Assembly: GCA_963719225.1 (NCBI GenBank)
Contig: CAVRAY010000002.1
Location: 640,001 to 704,000, forward strand
DNA from: Thermoanaerobaculia bacterium
GTDB lineage: Bacteria; Acidobacteriota; Thermoanaerobaculia; UBA5066
Direction: 5' to 3'
Length of the DNA: 64,000 nt
Notes under the pieces: generated by a model
What the model saw: the letters and a program-made list of their open reading frames with translations, nothing else
The model's database searches: none
Told to the model about the DNA's origin: nothing
Translations under genes and position numbers: made by a program
Shown: in pieces, positions 28,174 through 37,454 of the stretch
Layout: the number at the start of each line of letters is the position of its first letter
Numbering within the stretch: position 1 is the stretch's first letter

Positions 28174-29607
28174 TTTTTTACCGCGGCGGACGTCGCGCGC
28201 GCGACGGGGACGGCCGTGCCCGCGGGCGCGCCGGACGGCTTCCCGTCCGTCTCGACCGACACGCGGGGGATTCCCGCGGGTGCCCTCTTCGTTGCGCTGA
28301 AGGGCGAGCGCTTCGACGCGCACGCGTTCCTCGCCCAGGCGAAGGCGAAGGGCGCCGGGGCCGCCGTCGTGCGCAAGGGCACGCCGGCGGTGCCGGGCCT
28401 CGCGCTCTTCGAGGTGGGCGACACGCTCCGGGCGCTCGGCGCGCTCGCGGCGTTCCACCGGCGGCGTTTCCCGATTTCCGTCGCCGCCGTCGCGGGCTCG
28501 AACGGAAAGACGACGACGAAGGAGATGCTCGCCGCGATCCTCGAGACGCGCGGCGCCGCGCTCGCGACGGCGGGGAACCTGAACAACGAGGTCGGGGTGC
28601 CGCTCACGCTGCTGCGCCTCACGAAGGAGCACGTCGCGGCGGTCGTCGAGGTCGGGATGTCGGCGCCGGGGGAGCTCGCACGGCTGACGGAGATGACGCG
28701 CCCCGACGCCGGCGTCGTGACGCTCGTCGCCGCCGAGCACCTCGAGTTCCTGAAGGACCTCGACGGCGTCGCGGACGCGGAGGGAGAGCTCTACCGCGGC
28801 CTTCTGCCCGGCTCCGTCGCCGTCGTGAACGCGGACGATCCGCGCTGCCTGGCGCAGGCGGAGCGGGTGGCGGGCGGCGTGAAGAAGATCTTCTTTGGAA
28901 AGAGCGCTCTCGCCGACGTTCGTCTTCTGTCGGTAACGCCCTTGGGTTTGGAGGGTCAGAAGATCTGCTTAGAAGGGGAAGAGTGGGACGGCCGTTCGGG
29001 AGGCGGGCGCCTCGGCGGAAACCTACAGCGCAGCAGGTGCGACATCATGCTGGGGTTCGTGGGGGAGCACAACGCCATGAATGCCGTGGCGGCGGCGGCC
29101 ACGGCGCGGGCTCTCTCTTACTCATTCGAGGAGATCTCCCGGGGTCTCTCCTTGGTCCGTCCGTATGCGCACCGTTCTCGAATCGTTGCGGGGGCGGGCG
29201 GGATCACGATCCTCGACGACTGCTACAACGCCTCGCCCGCGTCGATGCAGGCCGCGCTCGCGACGCTGACGTCGCTCGTCGCGGCCGGGGGCGGGAAGGG
29301 CCGGGCGGTCGCGGTCCTCGGCGACATGCTGGAGCTGGGAGAGGCCGAAGAGGAAGAGCATCGAAAGTTGGGGAGAGGGGCGGAGGGGCGAGTCGAGCTG
29401 GCCGCTTTCTTCGGGCCGCGTTCCTCTCTTACATTCAAAGAATTCTTCTCTTCTTCTTCTTCTTCCGCCCACTTCACCGAGATCGAAGCCCTCCTCGCGT
29501 GGCTGCGTCCGCAGCTCCGGGCGGGAGACGTCGTCCTCGTGAAGGGGAGCCGGGGGATGAAGCTCGAGCGCGTCGTCGACGCCCTCGCCGCCCCGGCGAC
29601 GGCCTGA
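28174..29607 (+). CDS. murF: UDP-N-acetylmuramoyl-tripeptide--D-Ala-D-Ala ligase; start codon unclear
   Basis: STDTR, LFVALKGERFDAH, GSNGKTTTKE, GNLNNEVGVP, DDCYNASP, VLGDMLELG, VKGSRGMKLE. MurF-like FFTAADVARATG begins at 28174 without a canonical start; first GTG is 28216. Confidence 0.9.
   Translation, partial: FFTAADVARATGTAVPAGAPDGFPSVSTDTRGIPAGALFVALKGERFDAHAFLAQAKAKGAGAAVVRKGTPAVPGLALFEVGDTLRALGALAAFHRRRFPISVAAVAGSNGKTTTKEMLAAILETRGAALATAGNLNNEVGVPLTLLRLTKEHVAAVVEVGMSAPGELARLTEMTRPDAGVVTLVAAEHLEFLKDLDGVADAEGELYRGLLPGSVAVVNADDPRCLAQAERVAGGVKKIFFGKSALADVRLLSVTPLGLEGQKICLEGEEWDGRSGGGRLGGNLQRSRCDIMLGFVGEHNAMNAVAAAATARALSYSFEEISRGLSLVRPYAHRSRIVAGAGGITILDDCYNASPASMQAALATLTSLVAAGGGKGRAVAVLGDMLELGEAEEEEHRKLGRGAEGRVELAAFFGPRSSLTFKEFFSSSSSSAHFTEIEALLAWLRPQLRAGDVVLVKGSRGMKLERVVDALAAPATA
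28965..29444. repeat. Degenerate copies of the intragenic TTCGAAG-core motif in murF
   Basis: CTGCTTAGAAGGGGAAGAG 28965-28983, TTACTCATTCGAGGAGATCT 29118-29137, CTTACATTCAAAGAATT 29428-29444, all in AT-enriched patches. Confidence 0.4.
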
Positions 29608-29608
29608 G

Positions 29609-30139
29609 CTACCGGCCCGCCGCGGCCTTCGCGGGAGCCTCCGCGAGCAGGCGAAGGACGGCATCCTCCATCGCGGGGCTCTTGAGGCCCGCCTTTCGGC
29701 CCTCGGCGATCGCCTCTTCCCTCGTGCGCCCGCGCCGGTACGCGATGACCGCGAGCGTGGCGCCGACTCGATTGCTGCTCGAGCAGTAGATGAGGACGGG
29801 GGCGGCCTTCTGGCCGGAGAGGACGGCCTCGACCTTCGCGACGTCCCCGAGCGAGAACGTGTCCGGTGCGACCGGCACGGACACGAACGCGAGGCCCTGA
29901 GCCTCCACGGCCTCGCGGGCCTGCGCGACGCCTTCCCGCGGCTGGCGCAGGTCGATCGCCGTGCGGAATCCGGCGGCTTTCAACGAGGCGAACGCCTCCT
30001 TCGACGGCTTGCCCGAGACGGCAAGGCTCGGCGAGAGCCGCTGGTAGTTCATCGCGTCGAGCGACTCCGGGATGCCTGCAGCCGCGGCGAGAGCGGGCGC
30101 GAGCGTGAGGACGAGAGCGGGGAAGAGCCGGTTCTTCAT
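29609..30139 (-). CDS. Secreted DUF442/PTP-like (sulfurtransferase or phosphatase fold) protein
   Basis: Signal peptide, SGKP, GFRTAIDLR, PVLIYCSSSNRV (Cx4R). Start ATG 30139. Confidence 0.78.
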   Translation of the reverse strand: MKNRLFPALVLTLAPALAAAAGIPESLDAMNYQRLSPSLAVSGKPSKEAFASLKAAGFRTAIDLRQPREGVAQAREAVEAQGLAFVSVPVAPDTFSLGDVAKVEAVLSGQKAAPVLIYCSSSNRVGATLAVIAYRRGRTREEAIAEGRKAGLKSPAMEDAVLRLLAEAPAKAAAGR

Positions 30140-30159
30140 GGCATGTCTCCGATCCGACT

Positions 30160-31299
30160 CTAACGCGTGAGCGCGGCGCGCGCGTCGAGAACCCTTCGGC
30201 GGGCGTCGCGGGGCGTCGGCGCCAGTGCCGTCAGGTGGCCCATCTTGCGGCCGGGCCGCGGCTCCTTCTTGCCGTAGAGGTGGAGCGCGACGCCCGGCGA
30301 GGCGCAGGCTCTCTCCCACGCGGGCGTGCCGCCGGCCCACAGGTCGCCGAGAAGGTTCGCCATCGCGGCCGGCCGCAGGAGCTCCGTCGACCCGAGCGGC
30401 AGGCCGCAGACGGCGCGCAGCTGCTGCTCGAACTGGCTCGTGACGCAGGCGTCGATCGTGAGGTGCCCCGAGTTGTGCGGCCGCGGGGCGATCTCGTTCA
30501 CGAGCAGCGCGCCGTCCTTCGTATGGAAGAGCTCGATGCAGAGAACCCCGACGAAATCAAGCGCTTCGAGGATCGTCCGAGTGATTTCGTAAGCTCGTGT
30601 TTCTTCGAAGGTGGACAGAGCGGAGGGACAGCGGGTGACGTCGAGGATGTGACTGCTGTGTTCGTTCTCGAAGGAAGGAAAGAACACGACACGACCATCA
30701 GAGCTACGCGCCGCGATGACCGAGACTTCCCGCTCGAACTCGATGAAGGATTCGAGGACGCACGGCACCCTGCCGAGGCGGCCCCACGCAGCTTCCGCCT
30801 CCCGTTCATCCTTCGAGGAAATCCTCTCTTGTCCCTTCCCGTCGTACCCGAATGCGGCCGTCTTGAGAACCGCCGGGGCGCCGACCAGGGACAGCGCGGA
30901 GGCGAGCTCGTCGTTCGTGCGCACGGCCACCCACGACGCGAGAGGGACATTCACCTTTCTAAGAAATTCCTTTTCCCTCTCTCGATTCTGGCTCACCCAG
31001 AGCGCTTCGGCGGAAGGGTGGACCGGGACAAGGCGCTCGACTTCGTCGAGCGCCGCCCGCGGCACGTTCTCGAACTCGAACGTGAGGACGTCGAGGCCCT
31101 TCGCGAATGCGCGAAGCGCGTCGAGGTCGTCGTACGGAGCCGAGACCTCGACATCCGCGACGTGGCCGGTCGGCGAGTCCGTCTCGGGCGAAAACGTGTG
31201 CACGCGGTAGCCCATCGTCCGCGCCGCGAGGGCGAACATGCGTCCGAGCTGGCCGCTTCCGAGGACGCCGACCGTGGAGCCCGGGGGGACGATCCTCAC
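30160..31299 (-). CDS. purK: N5-carboxyaminoimidazole ribonucleotide synthase
   Basis: [49 protein letters not shown]. Confidence 0.96.
   Translation of the reverse strand: MRIVPPGSTVGVLGSGQLGRMFALAARTMGYRVHTFSPETDSPTGHVADVEVSAPYDDLDALRAFAKGLDVLTFEFENVPRAALDEVERLVPVHPSAEALWVSQNREREKEFLRKVNVPLASWVAVRTNDELASALSLVGAPAVLKTAAFGYDGKGQERISSKDEREAEAAWGRLGRVPCVLESFIEFEREVSVIAARSSDGRVVFFPSFENEHSSHILDVTRCPSALSTFEETRAYEITRTILEALDFVGVLCIELFHTKDGALLVNEIAPRPHNSGHLTIDACVTSQFEQQLRAVCGLPLGSTELLRPAAMANLLGDLWAGGTPAWERACASPGVALHLYGKKEPRPGRKMGHLTALAPTPRDARRRVLDARAALTR
30601..30965. repeat. Intragenic inverted motif copies in purK
   Basis: TTCTTCGAAGGTGGA 30601-30615, TTCATCCTTCGAGGAA 30805-30820, ATTCACCTTTCTAAGAA 30949-30965. 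Confidence 0.55.
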
Positions 31300-31799
31300 G
31301 GGAGCCGGGACTGCAAGACCTTCCGGGTCTGTCTTGATCGGAAGGCCTTGAGCTTCTTCCGAAGCGCGGGCCGCGTGTTCGAGACGATCGCCGCCGCGAG
31401 GAGACCCGCGTTCGTCGCCCCCGCCTTGCCGATCGCGAGCGTGCCGACCGGCACGCCGGCCGGCATCTGCGCGATCGAGAGGAGGGAGTCGAGGCCCTTG
31501 AGCGCGCGGCTCTCGACGGGGACGCCGAGGACCGGCACGGCCGTCTGCGCGGCGAGCATCCCGGGAAGGTGCGCGGCACCGCCCGCTCCCGCCACGATCA
31601 CTTCGAGGCCGCGGGCCTCGGCCTCGGCCGCGTACGCCGCGAGCAGTCTCGGCGTTCGGTGGGCCGAGACGACGCGCCTCTCGTACGGGACGCCGAGCCG
31701 TTCGAGCGCGTCGGCGGCGTGCCTCATCGTCTCCCAGTCGGACGTCGAGCCCATCACGAGGCCTACGAGAGGCTTCGGCCTTCGTCCGCCCTTCTTCAT
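31296..31799 (-). CDS. purE: N5-CAIR mutase
   Basis: [36 protein letters not shown]. Confidence 0.97.
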   Translation of the reverse strand: MKKGGRRPKPLVGLVMGSTSDWETMRHAADALERLGVPYERRVVSAHRTPRLLAAYAAEAEARGLEVIVAGAGGAAHLPGMLAAQTAVPVLGVPVESRALKGLDSLLSIAQMPAGVPVGTLAIGKAGATNAGLLAAAIVSNTRPALRKKLKAFRSRQTRKVLQSRLP

Positions 31800-31832
31800 G
31801 GGCGCGATCCTACCGTGAGGGCCCGGGCGTGC

Positions 31833-32690
31833 TCAGGCGCTCCAGGCGCGGGCGGTCTCGGCCGCGAATTCGTCGAAGCGGCGAGGCGCATGCCCGAGGA
31901 GCGCCGTGAGGCGCGCGACGTCCTCGGGCGTGGCCTTGAGGCCGTGTTCCTGGAAGAACTCGTACATGAGCCGGAAGTCGAACGCCGCGAACGCGGGAAG
32001 GTACGCGAGCGAGGCCTTCTCCCACGCGTCGAGGTCGTTCCCGCCGTACGCGATCTTGCGGCCGAGGACGCCGCCCCACGTCGCGGCCGTACCCGTCGCG
32101 GTCAGGAGGTCCGGCCCGACGAGGTTGACCGTCTCGTTCTTCGCGGCATCAGACACGAGCGCGAGCGCGGCCGCCTCCGCGATGTCGCGGACGTCCACGC
32201 GCGACAGGCCGGTGTCGCCGAACGGCTGCGGGTAGACGTCGTGCGTGAGCATCTCGTCCCGGTACCAGAGGTCGTTCTGGTAGAAGTTGTTCGGCCTGAG
32301 GATCGTGAAGGGGATTCCCGAGTCCCTGATCGCCGCCTCGATCGGGAGCTTCGCCCCGAAGTGCGGGAGATGCGGCGCCTCGTCCACGCGGTGGACGGAG
32401 AGGAACACGATCTTCTTCACGCCCGAGAGCCGGCAGCCGTTGACGGCCATGAGGCCCTCGTGGCACTCGCTCGCGCTCAGGGCGGTCAGGACGAAGACGG
32501 CGTCCCGTCCGGCGAAGGCGGATCGGATCGTGGCGGGGTCCAGGAGGTCCCCGACGACGGCCCGCGCCCCGGAGGGCACGGGCTTTTTCGCGTCGCGCGT
32601 GAGGATCGAGACGTCCGTGCCTCGTTTCAGGAGCTCCTGGGTGACCTGGGACCCGACGGTTCCGGTGCCCCCGAGGACGAGGACGTTCAT
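31833..32690 (-). CDS. NmrA-like NAD(P)-binding atypical SDR
   Basis: GGTGTVG Rossmann motif, PHFGAK, TILRPNNFYQN, VDVRDIAE. Start refined to ATG 32690. Confidence 0.88.
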   Translation of the reverse strand: MNVLVLGGTGTVGSQVTQELLKRGTDVSILTRDAKKPVPSGARAVVGDLLDPATIRSAFAGRDAVFVLTALSASECHEGLMAVNGCRLSGVKKIVFLSVHRVDEAPHLPHFGAKLPIEAAIRDSGIPFTILRPNNFYQNDLWYRDEMLTHDVYPQPFGDTGLSRVDVRDIAEAAALALVSDAAKNETVNLVGPDLLTATGTAATWGGVLGRKIAYGGNDLDAWEKASLAYLPAFAAFDFRLMYEFFQEHGLKATPEDVARLTALLGHAPRRFDEFAAETARAWSA

Positions 32691-32700
32691 CAGGGGCATC

Positions 32701-34002
32701 CTAGCCCATGTGGGCGATGACCGCGTCTCCGAACTTGCTGCACGAGACCTCGGTGGCGCCTTCCATCTGGCGCGCGAAGTCGTACGTGACGGTCTTGGCC
32801 CGGATCGCGCCGTCCATTCCCTTCAGGATGAAGTCGGCGGCCTCGGTCCAGCCCATGTAGCGCAGCATCATCTCGCCGGAGAGGACGACGGAGCCCGGGT
32901 TCACCTTGTCGAGGTTCGCGTACTTCGGCGCGGTGCCGTGCGTCGCCTCGAAGATGGCGTGGCCGGTCACGTAGTTCACGTTGCCGCCGGGCGCGATGCC
33001 GATCCCGCCGACCTGCGCGGCGAGCGCGTCGGAAAGGTAGTCGCCGTTCAGATTCAGCGTCGCGATGACGTCGAACTCGTCGGGCCGCGTGAGGACCTGC
33101 TGGAGCGTGATGTCCGCGATGGCGTCCTTGACGAGAATCTTGCCCTTCGCGAGCTCGGCCTTCTGCTCCGCGTTCGCCGCGGCCTCGCCCTTGTCCTTCT
33201 TCGTCCGCTCCCACTGGTCCCACGTGTACGTCTTTTCCGCGAACTCCCTCTCGGCGAGCGCGTAGCCGTAGTTCCGGAACGCGCCTTCCGTGTACTTCAT
33301 GATGTTGCCCTTGTGGACGAACGTGACGCTCTTCGACTTGTTCCTGATCGCGTACTCGATCGCCGCCCGGATGAGACGCTCGCTGCCCTCCTGCGAGACC
33401 GGCTTGATGCCGAAGCCCGTCGTCGCGGGAAAGCGGAGCTTCTTGTACTGGGCCGGGAAGTTCTCCTTGATGAACGCCGCGAGCTTCTGCGCCTCGTCCG
33501 TCCCCGCCGCGAACTCGATCCCGGCGTAGATGTCCTCGGTGTTCTCCCGGAAGATGACCATGTTCACCTTCTCGGGGTGCTTCACGGGAGACGGGACGCC
33601 CTGGAACCACCGCACGGGGCGGAGGCAGACGTAGAGGTCGAGGAGCTGCCGGAGCGCGACGTTCAGCGAGCGGATCCCGCCGCCGATCGGCGTCGTGAGC
33701 GGGCCCTTGATGCCCACGAGGTACTCGCGGAACGCGTCGATCGTCTCGTCGGGGAGCCACGTCTGGAGGTTGTCGTAGGCCTTCTGCCCCGCGTAAACTT
33801 CCATCCACTGGATCTGCCTCTTGCCGCCGTAGGCCTTCGCGACCGCGGCGTCGAGGACGCGCACGGACGCGCGCCAGATGTCCGGGCCGGTGCCGTCCCC
33901 CTCGATGAAGGGCAGGATCGGACGGTCGGGGACCTGGAGCTTCCCGCCGGAGATCGTGATCTTCTGTCCCGTGGCGGGCACCGTGGGCTTGGCGCTGGGC
34001 AT
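32701..34002 (-). CDS. icd: NADP-dependent isocitrate dehydrogenase
   Basis: [77 protein letters not shown]. Confidence 0.97.
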   Translation of the reverse strand: MPSAKPTVPATGQKITISGGKLQVPDRPILPFIEGDGTGPDIWRASVRVLDAAVAKAYGGKRQIQWMEVYAGQKAYDNLQTWLPDETIDAFREYLVGIKGPLTTPIGGGIRSLNVALRQLLDLYVCLRPVRWFQGVPSPVKHPEKVNMVIFRENTEDIYAGIEFAAGTDEAQKLAAFIKENFPAQYKKLRFPATTGFGIKPVSQEGSERLIRAAIEYAIRNKSKSVTFVHKGNIMKYTEGAFRNYGYALAEREFAEKTYTWDQWERTKKDKGEAAANAEQKAELAKGKILVKDAIADITLQQVLTRPDEFDVIATLNLNGDYLSDALAAQVGGIGIAPGGNVNYVTGHAIFEATHGTAPKYANLDKVNPGSVVLSGEMMLRYMGWTEAADFILKGMDGAIRAKTVTYDFARQMEGATEVSCSKFGDAVIAHMG

Positions 34003-34097
34003 GGGCGTCCTCCTTCGTTCGGGCGCGAATCATAGGGGCCGCCCGACGGTCCCGGCAACGAAGCGAATGAATCAGTCCGGCGGGTCGTCCGCGGGCG

Positions 34098-35816
34098 TCA
34101 ATCCTGGTCGAGACGCGCCTCGCGCGGATACGGGTAGACGTCCACGATCTCGCCGGCGCGCTCGCGCCTCTGCGCGTCGAGCCAGAAGCGGACGTCGAGG
34201 AGGTCCCCGTGCCGCTCGAGGAAGGCCTCGCGCGGCTCCCCCCTCAGCCCCATGAACGTCAGGAACTCCTCGGGGAAGACGTCGTTCTCCCCGACGTAGA
34301 ACGACGCGTCCGCCGCTCCGGTCTCGTCCCCCGCGCAGGCCGGGAGCTCGCGGAAGCGGACGTCGGTCAGGAAGGAGATCTCGTCGTAGTCGTAGAAGAC
34401 GACCCGGCCGTGCCGGGTCAGGCCGAAGTTCTTCGGCAGGAGGTCGCCGGGAAAGATGTTCGACTTCGCGAGGTCGCGGATCGCCTCGCCGAAGTCCACG
34501 ACCGCGGAGCAGCCTCCGGCGGGAGGCGCGTCCTTCAGGTAGAGATCGAGCGGCGTCAGGCGGCGCTCCGTGAAGAGGTGGTGGAGGACGACCTCGTCGC
34601 CGCGCACCTCGACGGTCTCGGAGATGCCGGTGAGGAGCGCGTCGAGGAGCGCGGGCTCGAAGCGTGAGACGGGAAACGAGAGGTGCTCGAACTCCTGCAC
34701 GTCCGCGAGCCGGCCGGCGCGCGTGTGGCGGAAAACGAGCCGGTACTTGTCGAGAACGTCCTTCCGGCTCGCCGTCTTCGGGGGCGCGAAAGAGTCGCGG
34801 ATGACCTTGAAGACGACGTCGTAGGACGGGAGCGTGAAGACGAGCATGACCATCCCGCGGGCGCCGGGAGCCTCGACGAAGCGGTCGTCCGACGACGCGA
34901 AGTGGCGGAGGAGGTCGCGGTAGAGCTCCGTCTTGCCGTGCTTGTCGAACCCGAGGGCGTTGTAGAGCTCTCCGACGGGCTTCTTCGGCATGAGCGTCTT
35001 CAGGAACCCGACGAGCGCGGCCGGGTGGCCGGCGTCCACGTGGAAGTAGGAGCGCGTGAAGCTGAAGACGATCGAGACCTCGTCCTCGTCGCAGAGGACG
35101 GCGTCGACCTCGATCCGTCCCGTGCGATTCAGGAGAGCGAAGACGACGGGCCTCTGGCGGCCGCCCCGGCGGACACGCCCGATGAGGTACGCCCCCTTGC
35201 TCCGGAAAAAGACGGGCCTCAGGACATCCAGCGCGTCGAACTCCGGGGCTCCCCACGCCGCGCCGAGGATCCGCTCGAGGGCGCGTGTCGCGAGGGCCGC
35301 GTCGCGCGCGAGATTCTCCCAGCCGGCGGCGAAGGGATGCGCCGCGAGCGCGCTCCTCACCGCCGCCTCGCGGCCGGGCCGGCCGTCGTACGAGGCGAGT
35401 AAACGCCCGGCGGCCTCGACGGGGAGCGGCGCGGGCTCGCGGTGGACGAACTCGGCGCGGTCGTCGACGCCGACAGTGTGGAAGATGCGGCGCGAGGCCG
35501 AGTTGAAGAACGTCTCGACGAGTTCGGCGTCGCGGCGCGGGGCGACGAGCTCCGCGAAGTGCTCTTTCATCCCGGACCAGACGCCTGGGTCGTCGACGCC
35601 CACGCCGAGGACGCGGCGGAGGTCCCCGACGGCGGAGTCGAGCGTCCGGCGGTAGAGCTCGAGGCGCTCGAGTGCGTCCGTCCGTCCGCTGCGCCAGTCG
35701 CGCGCGGAGAACCGGACGCCCGCCCGCCGCGTGATCGCGGCGAATGCCTGCGCATACGCCTCCCAGCCGGCGAGGAGGCGCTCGGCGCCGGCGCGGACGG
35801 CGTCGCGCGGGATCAC
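34098..35816 (-). CDS. aceK: Isocitrate dehydrogenase kinase/phosphatase
   Basis: ETFFNS, FSFTRSYF, KHGKTELYR, APGARGMVM, VFKVIRD, IFPGDLLPKNFG, VVFYDYDEI, DVFPEEF. Confidence 0.95.
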   Translation of the reverse strand: MIPRDAVRAGAERLLAGWEAYAQAFAAITRRAGVRFSARDWRSGRTDALERLELYRRTLDSAVGDLRRVLGVGVDDPGVWSGMKEHFAELVAPRRDAELVETFFNSASRRIFHTVGVDDRAEFVHREPAPLPVEAAGRLLASYDGRPGREAAVRSALAAHPFAAGWENLARDAALATRALERILGAAWGAPEFDALDVLRPVFFRSKGAYLIGRVRRGGRQRPVVFALLNRTGRIEVDAVLCDEDEVSIVFSFTRSYFHVDAGHPAALVGFLKTLMPKKPVGELYNALGFDKHGKTELYRDLLRHFASSDDRFVEAPGARGMVMLVFTLPSYDVVFKVIRDSFAPPKTASRKDVLDKYRLVFRHTRAGRLADVQEFEHLSFPVSRFEPALLDALLTGISETVEVRGDEVVLHHLFTERRLTPLDLYLKDAPPAGGCSAVVDFGEAIRDLAKSNIFPGDLLPKNFGLTRHGRVVFYDYDEISFLTDVRFRELPACAGDETGAADASFYVGENDVFPEEFLTFMGLRGEPREAFLERHGDLLDVRFWLDAQRRERAGEIVDVYPYPREARLDQD

Positions 35817-36985
35817 GGTCGCGATGCGAGCTCCCGTTCGACGATCGCGACGAGGCCGGGGACGTCCGCGTCGAAGTCCGTGTACTCGTCGGGGGCGTCG
35901 TGCGCGAGGAAGAGGTGCCTTTGGCCGAGGCTCGCGGCCTGCGTGACGAAGTGCGTGTTCGGGACGTCGTTCGGATAGAGGACGACGACGGGGATCTCTC
36001 CGGAGAAGAGGATCCAGCCGAGGCCGGCCCCGTACGCCCCGGCGACGATCTCCGCGGTGCGAAACGCCTCGACCTGTGCGCGAGCGGGCATGCCGACGAG
36101 GTGGACGGACCGGAAGCCGTGAGGCGCGAGCGCCTCGAGGGCGGCGCCCTCGTTCCTCACGCGCCGATGACGGTCCCCTTCACGCGACACCCAGATTCTC
36201 TCGCGCGGCTCGGCCGTGAGGGGCAGGCCGAACGCGCGAAACACGGCCCCGCGGATCTCGCGGATCCACTCCGCGGGCAGGAACCCGTTCGAATGCCCCG
36301 TCAGGAACGATGGCAGGAGCACGCGGTCCGCACGCACCCACGTTCTCTTCGGCAGGACGCGCAGCGAGGCGCTCTCCGGCAGGAGCGCGGCCAGGACGTC
36401 CCGCTCGGCGGGATGCAGCGTGTCCGGAACGACGAGCGTGAACGGCTCGCCGGCGGTCCGCGTGCGCCGCAGGGAGACGAGCCGGGGGATCGAGTCGACG
36501 AGCCAGTGCCATAGGTTGTCGCCGAAGACGTTCAGGATCGTGGCCACGGTTCCGCGGATCCTCACCGGGCGGAGCGGACGAAGGCCCTCGTACACGGTCG
36601 TGTAGGGAAGGCGGTACGCGAGCACCGACTCCTCGATGATCGTCCCTTTCGCGGTGAGCACGAGACCGGTCCCGACGTGGACGACGCCATCCGGTACCTC
36701 GCACACGAAGATGTCGGGCCGGTCGAACGATCCGCCGGAATAGAACTTGGCGACGCGGAGGAAGGCCCCGTCGCCGAGACCCGCGAACGGGACGCGACCT
36801 GCCGGGACGAGGACCTCGAGGTTCGTCACGCCGCGCCCGAGAAGGTCCCGTGCGTGCGCGACGTCCACGACCCGCAGCCGCCGAAGCCCGACGCGGTCCA
36901 GGGCCGGCGCCGCACGCAGGAGCCGGCGCTTGGCCCTGTGGAGCCCGTCGACCGCCGCACGCCGCAGGCGCCCCGCCGCCGACAT
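35813..36985 (-). CDS. Glycosyltransferase family 61 (DUF563)
   Basis: NLWHWLVD, IWVSR...RRVRNE, QVEAF...AGAYGAGL pattern. ATG 36985 follows GAGGAG. Stop overlaps the aceK start. Confidence 0.8.
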   Translation of the reverse strand: MSAAGRLRRAAVDGLHRAKRRLLRAAPALDRVGLRRLRVVDVAHARDLLGRGVTNLEVLVPAGRVPFAGLGDGAFLRVAKFYSGGSFDRPDIFVCEVPDGVVHVGTGLVLTAKGTIIEESVLAYRLPYTTVYEGLRPLRPVRIRGTVATILNVFGDNLWHWLVDSIPRLVSLRRTRTAGEPFTLVVPDTLHPAERDVLAALLPESASLRVLPKRTWVRADRVLLPSFLTGHSNGFLPAEWIREIRGAVFRAFGLPLTAEPRERIWVSREGDRHRRVRNEGAALEALAPHGFRSVHLVGMPARAQVEAFRTAEIVAGAYGAGLGWILFSGEIPVVVLYPNDVPNTHFVTQAASLGQRHLFLAHDAPDEYTDFDADVPGLVAIVERELASRP

Positions 36986-37026
36986 CACGTCTCCTCGAGC
37001 ATGCATTCGATGTTAGCGGAGTGGGA

Positions 37027-37385
37027 CGGCCGCGCGGTCGTCCTCCTCGCGATCCCGATGGTCCTCGAGATGGCGCTCGAGTCCGTCTTCGCGGTCGTGG
37101 ACGTCTTCTGGGTCTCGAAGCTCGGCGGGGCCGCCGTCGCGACGACGACGGGGCGCGGCCTCGCCGTCGTTCTTCAGCTCGTGATCCTCTCGCGCGGGAC
37201 GGGGCGCATCGCCGTCCGACGCGAGCACCTCGCACTCGACCCGAAGACGATGCTCTCCCTCCTGAGGCTCTCGGGCGCCGCGATCTTTCAGTCGCTCGTC
37301 GGGACGGCGAGCTGGATCGGGCTCGTGAGGATCCTCGCGGGCTTCGGGAGCGCCGCACTCGCCGGCTACACGATCGCGATCCGGT
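37027..37385 (+). pseudogene. MATE efflux transporter remnant (truncated at both ends, internal deletion)
   Basis: GRAVVLLAIPMVLEMALESVFAVVDVFWVSKLG (first MATE helix) is fused directly to GAAVATTTGRG...FGSAALAGYTIAIR (mid-protein). Only about 120 codons remain. Confidence 0.75.
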
Positions 37386-37454
37386 GGCGGTCGTCGGCGG
37401 AATCCTGTTCCGGCGCGGAAGGTGGAAGGAGAAGAGGGTCTAAACTCCGCGCCC

